NCBI GenBank assembly: GCA_004431415.1 | Contig: QPMI01000647.1 | Location: forward strand, 62,001-126,000 | From: Cyanophora paradoxa CCMP329 | Taxonomy: Eukaryota > Plantae > Glaucophyta | Length of the DNA stretch: 64,000 nucleotides | Direction: 5' to 3' | Shown: positions 11,168 to 24,200 of the stretch, one piece after another | How the letters are laid out: each line of letters starts with the position of its first letter | How positions within the stretch are numbered: position 1 is the first letter of the stretch | Program-made: the position numbers and the translations under genes | Notes under the pieces: generated by a model | Databases searched by the model: none | Told to the model about the DNA's origin: nothing | The model's input: only the letters and a program-made list of their open reading frames with translations

Positions 11168-14100
11168 ATGCAGCTGAGGAAGCGGAAGCAGCCGGAGCCC
11201 AATGACACGGCCAGCGCCTCCACTTCAGCGCGCGGGACTCCCGCCAAAAGCCGGCGGCGCAGCGCGCGGGCGGCGGGCCCGAGCAGCTCTGCGGCACTGT
11301 CTGCGCTCGAGCGCCTTCCAGGTGCGTTCCACGCCGGCACCCATCCGCTCGGCGCAGCGGGCCGCATCCCTCGACGCGACGTCGCGCTGATCGCTGCTCC
11401 GCGGCCCGCAGACGACATCCTGCTCGTCGTCTACTGCGAGGTCGCGCGGACGGAGGGCGTCCTCGGGCTCGTCCGGTCGCTGGGCGGCGCCTCGCGCCGC
11501 CTGCGGAACATGTGCTGGCACGCGGCGCTCTTCGAGGAGCCCGATTTCGGGGCAAGCGCCGTTCCCGCCCTCGGCGCTCGTATCTCCACGCGAGCGCTGA
11601 CGCGCGCCAACGCCGCGCCGCGCATACGCAGCCCCCGCCATTGCGGAGCTTGCGGGCCCATCTCCCGCTGCTCTTCTCGTGCTTCGAACACGCGGGCGGG
11701 CGTGTCCGTAGGCTCTGCCTCAGCGGACTCTTCGTGCGCGACCTGGACTCGGAGGAGAGCTCCCAGCTCGTGTACCAGGTGAGGAGCGCGTGCGTACGCG
11801 TGGATATGGGTGGATATATATGGAAGACTGTGAGATCTAGAGCTGACCGCGGTTTTTGTTCGCAGCTGCTGGAGCTCACGCCGGGGCTTACGCACCTGTC
11901 GCTGGCGCACATGCGCGCCCCGTGCATTCTGGAATCTCAGCGGTACTGCCGATTCGAAGACTACCAAAGCAGCGACGACGACGATGGGTACAGGAGAAAA
12001 GAAGAGAGCCAGCACTTCCAGCCGGTGCCCTATATATGGCCATGAGCCGCGCGAGCTTTGATTTCGTCGCCTCTGTTATCTTTCCTGGTCATGACTGCGT
12101 GTTTGCGCAGCTGGTCGTCCGCTATCTGCCGCCCCTGCCGTCCCTCGTCACTCTGAACCTTTCCGACGTCATCATCACACCCGACGCGCTCCGCTCCGTC
12201 GTCTCAGGCGCCTCCGCCACCCTACAGCGCCTGTTCCTCTGGCGCGCCCCGCCCCGCCCGCCCCCGGCCGATTATAATTAATATCTTTACATATTCCTGC
12301 AAGTATGCCGCCGCCCCCGCTCACCTGTCCCGCAGCAAAACACTCGTCGCCTGCCTGCTCACAAAGAAGAAGGAGAAAAAGGAGGAGGTCTTGTACGGAA
12401 TCGAGCCCCGCAGGGAGCCCGAGTTTTATGTGTACCCCGTGTCGGTCCTGCTGCCCATCGCCGAGCTGAGGTGCGCAGTCGTATTAACATGTATAACATT
12501 CATGCAAGCTGCAGCTGGGCCCGGCTAACGCTTTCTGACGGGTCGCGCGCGCAGGCTCCCGCGGCTGCGGGCGCTGGACCTGTCGCACTCGGACGTGAAG
12601 GACGGGCTCCTCGTCGACTTCGTCAACGCGCACCCGTCCCTCGCCGACCTCTACCTCGTGCGCCCCTCAGCCCGGCCCGAGCGGCGGCGCTTGCAGCCGC
12701 GCACGCGTTGCTGAGGGCGGGCGCGTGTACAGGAACGGCTCAGAAGGGACTTTGATGAGGATTATTTCGATAAGCACTCGCCGGGCGAATCGTGGCGCTG
12801 GTTCGAATTCGCTTAAAGCTTTAAGCCTTAGCAGCCTTAGCCCACATCGTAATTGTAATTGTACCGCCGCAGGTTTTCGGGTTCGGAGATGCCGGTCTGG
12901 GACGAGGAAAAGTACGAGTCCGCCTTTGAGCGCTTCGAGAGGCGGGCGGAGATCAGGATCGTCGACCGCGAGCTCCTCGGCGGGGTTCGTCATAATCAGC
13001 TCCGGATCCGGGATCCGGCCCGTACCGCTCCCGTGCTCGCATTCGTCTCACGCCCTTGCGCGAACGCAGTCGAGTCCGAGGAGCATTCTGACACTGGAGA
13101 CGCTGGACTCCGACACACTCGGCCGTCTCTCTGCGCTCGCCAAGATGCCGGGCGACGCCTGCGCGGGCCTGGAGGCGCGCGACTCCCAGGGCCGCACGCC
13201 CTTCCTCGGTGAGCCCAATCTGCGATGCTGTGCACGTCTGCCTTCCCAGCCGCCTGATTCTCTCTTATTTGTACTTTTGGCAGCGGCCGTGGAGGCGGGC
13301 GATTTCGACCTCGCCCGGCGCCTCAAGGAGGCGGGGGCTGACGTCCTCGCCCTGTGCCACCCGTACCCCTACTTCGCCGCCGGCCCCGCCAAGCGCTGGG
13401 TACACCTTCGAATGAGCTTCACGGACGCGCTGCGTTCTGACTTCGTGCGCAGGGGAGCCCCTTCCCGTTCTTCGGCAACAGACTGTACTTTAATCGCGAG
13501 TGCGCGTGACTCCAGCGCTTCTAAAGCTTTAGTACTAGTCGTGCTTCGTCTCGCAACCAATGATGCCAACGCTCATGCTCGCGCGCGTGGCAGGGACAGC
13601 GATTCGATGCTCGTGGGCGAGGAAGAGGGCGCGACCGCGCTGCACCTGGTGCGGGAGGATTGCACGCAGACAGCCCACGATTTGGCGGAGGTTCGTTTGA
13701 ATAATTTTATAGAGATGGTACATCGAGCTTGCAATTGATGAAGCTGAGCTCTTCTGAGATCTGAGCTTGCAATTGAGCTTGCAATTGATGAAGCTGAAGT
13801 TTGGTACATCGAGCTTGCAATTGATGAAGCTGAAGTTTTTGCGTATCATCCGGTCCCTAAGGCCAGGTGCGGAACATCCTCTCTGATGTACCACGGCCGC
13901 ACCTAGCTGGTTTCGTCGTGCGCGTGGTTGTCGTCGACCGTCGGACGGCGTATACGTAATTTCGACCCTGATCATGATCATGAGTGTCACAGTGTTGCGA
14001 TCCCTGAGGCTGACCTCGCGAACTCGTGCAGGTTCCGTATATCTCCACTCCTCTCGGCATCATGGGCAGCGGTGCGTGACCCTCGCAATCACCGCGCCGC

Positions 14101-14469
14101 GTGGCGGGGCGGGGCGGCTTAAGCTTCTTTTCCGCTGTACGCGAGCGCACGCTCCAATTCTCTGAAACCGCGACAGACTCAAGCAAGCAAGCTAGTGGCA
14201 TCACGTATTCCCCGGAATATCAGAAGCAGCTCGATAAACTGCATGCGATGTCAAATTCGAAAACCCTCGATCAGGAGGGGCAGGCCGTCGCGGAGGACGA
14301 GGCCCTCGCCCTCGCCGCGGTGCGCCTGGCCGCGCGCGGCCCCCGGCCGGACCGCCGCGCCCCGAAGTCTCACCGGCGATCGCAGGTCGAGGACGAGATC
14401 GAGGCGGACGCGCAGGAGTCCGTCCTCTTGGAGGCGACCGCTGCCGAGGAGCTCCTCCCCGTCGCTTAA
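11168..14469 (+). CDS. F-box / leucine-rich repeat / ankyrin-repeat protein (multi-exon)
   Basis: F-box LERLP|DDILLVVY...SRRLRNM. LRRs LTHLSLAH, LPSLVTLNLSDVII, LPRLRALDLSHSDV. Ankyrin LEARDSQGRTPFL|AAVEAGDFDLARRLKEAGADV and GATALHL. 3' end uncertain. Confidence 0.7.
13716..13840. repeat. Imperfect tandem repeat (GAGCTTGCAATTGATGAAGCTGA x3 plus a partial copy)
   Basis: Directly visible; probably intronic. Confidence 0.85.
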
Positions 14470-14695
14470 CCGGGGCGCCGCGGCCCGGCGGCGGGGGCCT
14501 TGCATATGTATGCAAATGGGCCACCGACGTTCTTCCGATCCTTAATTACAAGGGGCTTCTACCTAAATATGTATTCATGATTGTATAATAATCATGAATA
14601 CTCGCTGAAAAGCAGTGCGAGGAGGTCGATGCAGTGCCACTGTGCCATTAATATTGCAATTGCCACGGAACCGGTGAAACTGCAACTTATTTTAG

Positions 14696-15183
14696 TCTTC
14701 AGCCGTCCATTGTTTTACCAACTCTACAATCTCGATTCCGTTTAGACACTCCGCCAGCTTCGACTTTCCCCTCTAGTGGTGTCCTACGTTTCGCCTCTCC
14801 TACTGTTCTACCGCCTTTGCCTCCTGCGACTACGTCTTCTAGTTCTGCTGTTAGCTCTGTCTTGTCGTCTTCGTCTAGATCTTCGTCTTCGACTGTAGTT
14901 CCTCGTGCTCGTTCTCCTTATTTGCTGCGTCCCCGTGCTCCTCGTCGTTCTAGTGTGACTAGTACTTCTGCATCGACGCCCTTGAGCTCTTCTACTCCTT
15001 CTCCTCGTGCTCGTTCTCCTTATCTTTTGCGTTCTTCTGATCGTGTCCCTTCTCGTGATCCCTCTTGATTCTGTATATATTTTGTGCTAGTTTACTGTAT
15101 CTTTGATTTGTGATTGCTTTGTTGTCTTTAATATCACTACCTACGGGGGGTTCGCCCCACCGTAGTCTCTCAAAAAAAAAAAA
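14696..15183 (+). mobile_element. 5'-truncated non-LTR retrotransposon (LINE-like) 3' end, copy 1
   Basis: 12 bp TSD AACTTATTTTAG (14684-14695 and 15184-15195); poly(A) 15172-15183; reading frame open from 14697 to the stop at 15068 (S/P/R-rich); T-rich 3' UTR; terminal stem-loop CTACGG-GGGG-TTCG-CCCC-A-CCGTAG. Confidence 0.9.
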
Positions 15184-15195
15184 AACTTATTTTAG

Positions 15196-15990
15196 CACAT
15201 ACATGCAGTGTTATGCACGGTGGCGGGTACGTGCACTGGCGCCGAAGCAGCATTGCTTATCAAGTTGACATGTACACTGATCATTACTTCTCGGGGCAAA
15301 ACGCTAAAACAGCGATAGCAAGTTCGACAAACGTCAACATTCGCGAAGACGTCGACCGCACCCCTCACATGTACAATATTAATCGCTCTAGATCGAGAGC
15401 TCGAGCTGTCCATGGACTCTGCGTCCTGGGACTTCCGTGCGGAGCTGAAATTTAATTATAACCAGCGGCTTGCACAGCAGCTTGAGTTTTAAAACTTTCG
15501 GTCGCACGCATCGGAATCGAGAATGCAACTGCGGGAAATCGAAGCGTTGACCTTGCAGAGAATATATATAATATTAATGCAACAGCGGGAAGCGTTAACC
15601 TTAAAGCCTTCTGATCGTGCTTCTGATCATGAGCCTCTGAGACCGACGCTTTCACATTCAAACTGGCAGATCTCAGAGTCTAGAATTGTCATCCTCACAG
15701 GGCGCATTAATATATATTACTTCTGAGTGCCCTTAAAGCTTGATTTATCGGGCTCAGCGGCTCTTTGAACCTTCGAGACGATGCGCCCATTCGCCCCGGC
15801 TCTGTTCGGGAGGCCATTAGAACTTCCTCTCAAGCTTCGATTACGGGGCCGGTCTCTGTGTCCACTTCAAGTCCGCGTTTGGAGGCCACTTCGAGTTCGC
15901 GTTTGGAGGCCGATCGCGAGAACGACCGTCGGACGGTCATCATTGGCGCTGGAGTTGCGATCGGTGCAGTCGCTCTCGTTGTTGCACTGG
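15196..15990 (+). other. Possible degenerate gene fragment with a C-terminal hydrophobic segment
   Basis: Protein-like segments MHGGGYVHW... and RRTVIIGAGVAIGAVALVVALG. The frame is open across the LINE target site if the insert is removed. No family recognised. Confidence 0.25.
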
Positions 15991-16202
15991 GAGACAGATT
16001 TTGCTGTCACACCGGTGTGAACTTGAACGCGTCACACCGGTGTGAAAGAACGGCGGTGTTGTCTTTAATATCACTACCTACGGGGGGTTCGCCCCACCGT
16101 AGTCTCTCAAAAAAAAAAAAAAAAAATCACCCCGGTGTGAACTCGGGGGTGTGAATTCGGAGGGTGAAACTCGGAAGGGGAAACTCGAGGGGGTGACAGC
16201 AA
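15985..16202. mobile_element. Probable DNA-transposon terminal region with palindromic subterminal repeats
   Basis: Begins CACTG. Palindrome TCACACCGGTGTGA at 16007 and 16032, variant at 16127. Inverted pair TTGCTGTCAC (16001) / GTGACAGCAA (16193). No matching far end identified. Confidence 0.35.
16057..16126 (+). mobile_element. Very short 3' fragment of the same LINE-like element, copy 2
   Basis: About 52 nt identical to the copy 1 3' end (stem-loop) plus poly(A); no clean TSD. Confidence 0.85.
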
Positions 16203-17161
16203 CGTCAGCCAATCAGATTCGTTCGTTCTTGTTGCATGCCGGCGCTGTGACGCGATCGATTGGGACACGTGACCACGATGCCTTACTCTGATTGGTCATT
16301 TTTCGGTTTTTTTTTTTTTGGAAAAAGGTGATTGGACGAGAGCTCTTCATCGTCGGCATCATCGTCGGGCGCTAGAGAGCACCAGGCGGAGCGCAGCGGG
16401 CATAGCTAGAGAGACCAGGCATAGCTAGGCTAATATACTCTATATACTGGCATCAGTCGCAAGCGCGTACATGCATATATGTATACGTGGTTTGAACGAA
16501 TCAATATATTGTTATGGACGCGCATCTCGCGAGAGGCTAGTGATTCCCCGAATCATCCCGGGTCCTCACACTGCACGCAACAATATCCTGCACGATGTCG
16601 ACGGTGATCATGAGCGCAGGCATGAATAACGTTAACCCAACATTAAAATATTGCGTCGCCCAACATTAAAATATTGCGTCGCCCTGGCCAGCACATGCGC
16701 TGCCATTGGCGCCTTCAGCTTTTCAAATATTTTTAATGCAAGTGCAACCCGCCCCTTGTAGTCAGGTCTCGAATCCGGACGTCGACCTCTCGGCCGGATA
16801 TTTAGTGGGACAAGTCTGCCCTGCGCACGCGCGGCGCCGCTGCCCACTCCGATGGTGTCAGTCTCTGTTGCATGGGGATCCGGAGCTGCAGGCCTAGGCT
16901 CGCATATCCATGCTTCGCAAGGTTCATGATCAACATCCACGTGCACCATAGTACTACGGTAGGTTGGCCAGTGCATGCAGCTTGACTCAGTGACACCTCA
17001 TGATCAGCAGCATGGCTGACCCCATGATCATCTGGATCGAATCTAGGCTGGCTGCCCCCCGACCTCGGACCCCACTTCTAATTCCGTAATTCCATGTAAT
17101 TCCACTTCTTCTAATTAGTCCTAATTCCCGTCCCTGCCTTCTTTTGTTTTCTGGCGCATGG

Positions 17162-17994
17162 CTATGTCTCCTCACGTTTCGGATTAGAATTATGAACGGA
17201 ACGAAGATGCTGAAGTTGCACTGCCCGTGCCTGCAGCGGCGAAATCGAGACTTCGAATTATATGGAACTGAAAAGAGGCGGCGACGCATGGATCGGGGGG
17301 TCAGAGGCGGGCGGCCTCGCGGGCGATGCGGGCGCCGAGAGCGTCCCCATAGAGCCCGAAGCAGCGCTCGGCCGCCGCCAGCAGCGCCCGCCGCCCCGAG
17401 GCCGCCCCCGGCAGCTCCCGCCCTCGCGCCCCCAGCAGCTGTACATGTCCTCGTGCCCCCTCCGCCTCCGCCTCCGCCTCGGGACCGGTGTGGAAGGCGG
17501 CAAAGAGGAGGCCGAGGGCGCAGTCGCGCGGGCGGCGCGGGGCGGGCGCCGAAGCCTCGAAGCCGGCCCAGCCGCCCAAGGCCGCCACGGCGAGGAAGCG
17601 CTCGCGCGCCGCCGCCGCCGCGCCGGCTCCGCCGCCGGCGCCGGCGCCGCCGCGGACGCTGCGGACGCTGTGGGCGAGGCCCTCCACAAAGGCGACGACC
17701 CCCTCGGCCTGCGCGGGCGGGCGGCGGTCATTAACGGGGCGGGGCGGGGGCGGGGGCGGGGGGCGGCAATCGGACCCCGTCGCCCCAGCGCGCGCAGACG
17801 CGCGCCGCCGCCTCGAGCAGCTCCGCCGCGCCGGCCGCCGCGGCCGGTGCCGGCGCCGGCTCCGGCTCCGGCTCCCGGCCGCGGCCTTGGCCCAGGAAGA
17901 AGAGGGTGGCGAAGGGGGCGGCGGGATGCGCGCGGGCGGCGGGGGCGTCCGAGGCGAGCCAGGCGACGAAGAGGGCGATGGCCGCCTCGCACAT
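17162..17994 (-). CDS. Hypothetical Ala/Gly-rich protein (spliced), paralog of the fragment at 34484-35420
   Basis: AAELLEAAARVCARWGDG|..VVAFVEGLAHSVRSVR...ARERFLAVAALGGWAG...DCALGLLFAAFHTGPE is conserved in a second copy with the same intron position. Confidence 0.45.
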
Positions 17995-18275
17995 CACGTC
18001 CGCCTGCGCGCGCGCGCGGGTCGACCGTCGGACGTCGGAGTCAGATCTCCGCTTCTGCTGTCTGCAACGCTCTAAATCCGGTTCTAGAATACAATGATTA
18101 TCAGCTGCATGCGCCACCGCGCGCGATTCTAGTATTCTAGTCGGAGTCAGCTGCACGCGCCGCCGGCCGGTCTACGACGGGCGCCGGCCTCGGGCCGGGC
18201 AGCCATGGTCAAAACTCTCTAATTTAGTTTGCTCCTGATGTCCGGTACGCTCTAGATATGAATCTTTACCGATTA

Positions 18276-21200
18276 TCATATGTTCCTGCTCTTGGCGTGG
18301 CGGCGGCGCACCGATCCCAGGCTCTTCTGCAGCCTGTTGCGGTCCGCCGAGAAGAGTCTGTTACGGTCCGCGGAGAAGATCTCGATCGCCTGATTCAGCA
18401 CCTGCGCACGCACGGACGCTCTCTCACCATCAGCAGTCGCAGGGGCCGAACGGGTTCGAATCAATTCTGCGAGGCGGGCGGACGTCGACGCGGGCGCGCC
18501 TGGACCGGGGAGAGGCCGCTGCCGGCGAGGGCGGCGCGGGGCCCCGCGGCGGCGAGGGCGACGCGGGCGTGCATGGCGAGGAAGAGGGCGCGGGCGAAGG
18601 GCGGCACGTCGGCGAACCCGCCGCTGAAGCTCGTCCGGTGGAACTCCTCCGCCGCCTGCCCAGGCGCAAGCGGGTGCAGGCGCGGGCGCTCCCGTTAGAA
18701 GAAGAAGTGGCGCTGTATGAGGCGGAGGCCTAGGGTGCGAGGGCACCTCGAGGGCCTCGGGGGCGCGGTCCTGCAGGCTGCGCACGAGCATGAAGACGAC
18801 CTGCGGGGGCGAGGGGCGGTCGGTCGGAGGCGGCCGGGGGCGCGCGGAGCCGGACAGAGGCGACTGCAGCTTATAATAATGACACAACCTCCAAGCTATT
18901 AGCCAGCGGTTAAAGATAACATATAGTGGATGGCAGTGATATTATGTGTCGGACCATGGCAACGATGGAGAGGAGCTCGTCGGAGAGCTCGCGGTCCCGC
19001 CCCGCCTTGTCCAGCGCAGCCTGCCGCCGGCCCGGCCCGGCCCGGCCCCAGCGTCAGGCTTAATGCGGGAGGGCCTAGGCGCGGGCCTTCCAGCCTCGGC
19101 AGCGCGCGGCGAGCTCGGCGCGGCTCACCTTGATGCGGGAGGCGAGGCGCTCGAGCACGGCGGGGGCGCCGCCCCGCTGCAGGTGGCACTGGAAGCGGTA
19201 GACGGAGCCCTCGATCACGTCCTGCTGCACGCCCTGCGCGGCCGAGCGGGGCGGGGCGGAGCAAGTCAGAGGGCGCGAGGAGCGGGGCGCGGGCGGTTGT
19301 AGCTAAGCTGTAGCTATGGTTATGACTATGGCTATGGCCGAGCGGGGCGGGGCGTGTGAGAGGGCGGCGGAGCGGGCGGCTGCAGCTAAGTTTACCGAGT
19401 CGGCGAACATGTCGGAGACGCGGGCGGCCTTGTCGAACTCGCCGGCCTGGACGAGGCCGTAGGAGACGCCGCGGAGGACCTGCGCACGGTGCGCCCCCGT
19501 GCACGCGTCGCGCCCCAGCTCCTGCGGGGCGGGGGCCGTGAGTGAGACCCCGCGAGGTCGACGGACAGGGAAGGGGCGCGCCAGGGCGAGCTCGGCGAAG
19601 CCAGAGGCGAGGGATCGGGTCTTAGGAAAGGCGAGCGCCATGTTCACCGCCTGAACGCGCGGGCGCCCCGATGAGTCAGGAGCGGAGCGGGGCGGGGCGG
19701 GGCGGGGGGCGTGCCATCTGGGAGGAGGCGATGGCGATGAAGTGGGGGCCCGGGTCCCGCTGCTGCGCGTGGCGCCAGAGCGCGAAGCCGCAGTACGTGA
19801 AGAGGGCGCCATCCCCGCCGCGCCCGCCCGCCTGCCGAAGGACCGTGTACAGGTGCGCGATCGCCGCGTCCTTGACCCGCTCAAGCCCGCCCCGAGGGGC
19901 GGAGAGCTTCTGGGGAGGGACGCCGGCGAGCGTCGGGGCGCCCTGCAGCCTCGCCAGAATGGCCATGCGGACCACGCCCAGCCGCACGCCCAGCCGGCTC
20001 CTGATCACGATCACGAGGCGGGCGCGTGAGAGGTGCGCATGCGGGGCGGGCCTAGAAGCCTGGGGCGGGGGCGGGGCGGGGCGGGCAGCTTCTTAAGGGC
20101 CGGGGGCGCACGTGGGGACCCGCACGCCCAGGAGGGCGAGGGCGTCGCGGCAGTGCTTGACGGCCGGCGGGTAGCGGCCGAGGCGGCGGCCGACCTCGGC
20201 GAGGCCGCCGAGCCACGTCGCGCGCTGCACGGGCGAGGCGCGCGGGTAGCGCTCCAGCAGCTCCTCGCAGGCACGCTCCGCCTCGACGTTCGCGAAGCGC
20301 TCGAGGGCGGCCGCCGCGCAGAACTCGAGGTACGGAAGCGCCGCCGCCGCCTCCCCGGCCTCGGTCCAGTGGTGCGCGAGCCGCTCGGCCACCGCCCCAT
20401 CGAGCGCGGCGGAGGAGCCGGACTCGCCCGGGAGCAGGAGCGCGACGAAGGGGGCGGGGGGCGCCCCGTGCGTGTGCGCGTCGGCGGGGCCCCGCAGCTC
20501 GCGCTCGCGTGCCTCGAGGAACTCGGCAAAGGCGCGGTGCAGGCGCCGCCGCTCGGTGACGGGAAGCAGGCCCCGCACGATCTCGCGGAGGGGCGGGAGC
20601 GCGAACTCGTACGCCCCGCCCCCCGCCGCCTCGCGATCGTACGCAGCCTCTCTGAGGACGCCGGCCGCGCAGAGCCCGGCCAGGTCGCCGGCGAGGGCCC
20701 CCGCCGCGGCGCGCAGCGCGGCGCCCGAGTGCGCGCCCTCGTCGTCGTCGCCCCGCGGCATGAGGACCGCCACCTGCTCCGCGCTGAACCTCAACCCGAC
20801 GATGCTCGCAAGCTGCTCGCGGGGGCGGCTCGCTTCAGCTTGGGCGGGGGGGGCGCGCGGTCGGGTGGCGGGGCGGCGGGGCGGCGTGGGGGCGAGGGCG
20901 ACCTTGACCGAGAAGAGCTGGGAGGGGGCGAGGCGGTCCAGGCGCCAGAGGAGCGCCGAGCGGAGGCCGTCCGAGGCGCGCGGGTTCGAGCCCCGCGGGG
21001 GCCGCAACAGGGAGCAGGCGCCGGTGGCGGGGTCCACGCGGAGCACGCCGTCCTGCACGAGCCGCTCCACGACGTACAGCGCGATGAACGGCACGCCTCC
21101 CGACTCGCCCACTGAGAGCGCGCGCTCATATGAGCGAGCGACTAGTGTCGAGCGCTAGCGCAGGCCAGGGCGGACCGATGGTGTCGATGGCCTGCGGGGA

Positions 21201-24200
21201 GAGGGAGGCGGCACCGATGCGGGCGCAGGCGAGGCGTGCGGTTGCCTCGCGGTCGAGCGGCAGCAGTTCGACGCGGCGGTGGCCGGGCAGCTCCGCCAGC
21301 CGCTCCAGCGGGCCCGCCGCCTGCGCCTGCGCCTGCGGCCCGGCCGCAGGCGCGCGGCCCGTGACGACGAGGAGCAGGCGCCCGCGGCCGCGCGCCCCCG
21401 CGAAGCAGCCTCGGCCAGGCGGAGCAGCGCCGCCTGGCTCTGGCTGTCCGCGTCGTGCAGGTCTGCAGGACGCCGGTCAGGCGCGCGCGCGCGACGGGAC
21501 GGGACGGGGCGGGCGGGGCAGGCCCCACACGCCTTCGAAGACGAGGAGGAAGGGGCGCGGGCCGGCGGCGGCGCGGGACAGGACGAGCCGCACGAGGAGC
21601 GCCCGCAGCTGCGCCGCGCGCTCCTCGGCCGGGAGCGCAGACGGCGCCGCCGGGGCCGCCGCCCGGGGCCGCTGGCCATGGCTCTGGCGCGCGTGCCCGA
21701 CGGCGGCGGAACTCGGGCCTCCCACGGCGCGGCCATCGCTGGAGGACGAGGCCGGGGCCCACTGCAGGGAGGGTCGCCTCCTCGACACCGCCTGCGGGCG
21801 GTCTCCTGCCGCCGCTGCCGCCGCCGCTGCCGAATCGAGGTGCGCGGGGGCCGGCAGCAGCGCCTCGAGGTCCCCCGCGACGGCCGGGTCAAGCCCGGGT
21901 TCCTCAGAGAGGAGCGCCCCCGCCTGTGGGAGAATCAGAGCGCAGAAACTAAACTAAGGGGCGGGGCGGGGCGGTGCGCGCCTCGAGCATTCCCTGCGGG
22001 AACAGGGCGGCGAGGAGAGGCCGCCAGGCGGCGAAGGGCTGCCGCTCCGTCGGGAGGGCGGCGGTGGCGGCGGTGCGCCAGCCAGCGGCCGCCGCCATCG
22101 CCGCCGCCGCGCGCGCCAGCGCCGACTTGCCCAGGCCCGTCTCCCCCGTGAGAACGAGCACCGCGGCCGGCCGCTTCGAATCCGCCGCCCCGGGGCCCGC
22201 GGAGGCCTCCAGCAGCTCACGGATGAGCGCCATCTCCGCCCCGCGGCCGGCGAGCGCGTCGTCCTTCGCGGCCCTTCCAAAGGCACCGGAGGGGCGGCGG
22301 CTGCGCTGCGCCCGCAGGTGCAGCGGCCGGAACGCCGCCGTCGTCCCCGGAATGCCCTTGAGCTTGTACTCCCCCGCCGCCTCCATCTCCACGTGCTTCT
22401 CCCTGCGGGCGCCCGCGTCAGCGGCGGCGGCGGCGAGGCGGCGGCGAGGCGGGCGGGCGCACGCGGCGGCGCGGGTCTCGCCGTCGGCGAGGATGCCGGC
22501 GCCGGAGAGGCCGGCCTTGCCCATGAGCCGCGCAGCCCGGTTCACGGCGTTCCCGAAGACCGAGAACTCGCTGCGGCGCCGGCTTAAGCGTTCAGAAAGA
22601 CAGGAGGCCGGCGGGGCGGGGCGGAGGGGGGGGGGGGGAGGGGGGGGGGGGGGGGGGCGCGCCAGCGGCTGGCGGGGTCGCCGACGAAGGCGCAGAAGGC
22701 GAGGCCGGTGGCTAGGCCGAGGGCGCAGCCGACGCCGGCCGCCTCCATCGCCTCCTGCACGTCCAGCGCGCACGCCGCGCACCGCGCCGCGTCGTCTGCG
22801 GGCCGGGGTACAGCTCAGTCGTCGGGATAGAACGCTGGCTGGGTACGGGGGCCCGCCTTCGTGCGAGACGGGGTACAGCCCGAAGACGCCGATGACGACC
22901 AGTCCTTTATCTGGCGCGCGCGCACGCGGGGGCGGGCGTGGGCGGCCGGGGGAACGTTCACCGCGGGCCGGGGGAACGGTCACCGTCGAGGACGATCTGG
23001 CGGAGGGAGCCCTCGTGCGCGTAGAGCAGCGCCTGCACCGTCCGCACCTGCGAGGCCGCTGAATCCAGCCGCGCGCTTCGGCTGCTGCTGGAGCAGGCGA
23101 CTCGCTCGCACGCACCGCGCGCCGGACGGCCGCCGGTCCCGTCCCGTCGCCCTCGCCGGCATCGCCGCCGCCGCCCTCCGTCTGCAGCAGCCCGAGCGAG
23201 CCGAAGAGGACCGAGACCTGGTCCGAAGGTAGGGCGCACGACCCGTTCGGATCCGAAAGCGAAGGCGAGGCGGGGCGGGCGGGCGGGGCGGGGCGCACGG
23301 GGCGGAACTCGGCGAGGTAGCGGGCGGGGTCGACGGCGCCGAGTCCCGAGACCTGGTCCAGTCGCGCCCGCACCTGAGAGAAGACGCCGCCGTCAGCGCC
23401 GCCGGCCGCCGAGGCGAGGCGAGGGGCGGCGGGGCGCGCCGTGTAGGGCACGAAGAGGGAGGCCAGCGCGAGCTGCTCGGGGGTCTCCAGCGGCGGCGCC
23501 GTCTCCCGGAGCCGCCCCGCCAGGCTCCCTGCCGCCCGGGCTCGGGCTCGGGGGAAGGGGGGGGGGGGGGGGGGGGGGGGGGAAGGGGGGTAGGAGCGAA
23601 CCGGAGGGTACGCCGAGGACGGAGCGCACGTACGCGGCGAGCGGCGCCCCCGCAGAGGGGTCGACGACGACGACGACGAGGGCGCCGCGGGGACCGGGCG
23701 AGCCGCGCTCCGTCCGGCCGCTGCGGCCGCGCGCGCTGCCGCCGCTGCTCGCGATCGGATCCTCGCCGGCCGACTCGGCGCCCGACTCGCCGGCCGCGTC
23801 CTGCAGACCGCTGCTGGGACCGGACGCCTGTGGCTGGCGGCGGAATGAGCGGCTCGGAAGCCCCAGCAGCTCGCGCCTCGAGCTCGAGGCCTCCCCGCGC
23901 GCGCCCCGACCCCCGGGCGCCGCCACCAGCGCCGCCGGCGGGATGTGCCTCATCAGCGACGCGCACAGCGCCACCTGCCTGCCCCGCGACTCAGGCGGGC
24001 CGCGGGGGGTACGGATCGGACCGGGGGGGGTACCCCGGGGAGATGTCGCCCAGCGCGTCGCCGGCCTCCGTCACCGCTCCGCCCTTCACGAAGAACACCA
24101 TCCGCCTGCAGTCGATTAGAAGGAGCGCGGGCAGAGGCAGAAGCCGGAGGGGCGGACGGGGGGCACCCGGGTACAGCAGAGCCGTCCCCCCTCTGGAGGA

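Noticed and set aside
13716-13840. CRISPR-like appearance of ~23-27 bp repeats
   Set aside because: No unique constant-length spacers, no cas genes, and a eukaryotic intronic context.
15141-15165. Stem-loop read as a tRNA arm or bacterial terminator
   Set aside because: No cloverleaf; it is followed by poly(A) and flanked by TSDs, so it is a retroelement 3' end.
16632-16996. ORFs near 16.6-17.0 kb as a gene
   Set aside because: No recognisable motif, a short tandem duplication at the end, and no consistent exon chain found.
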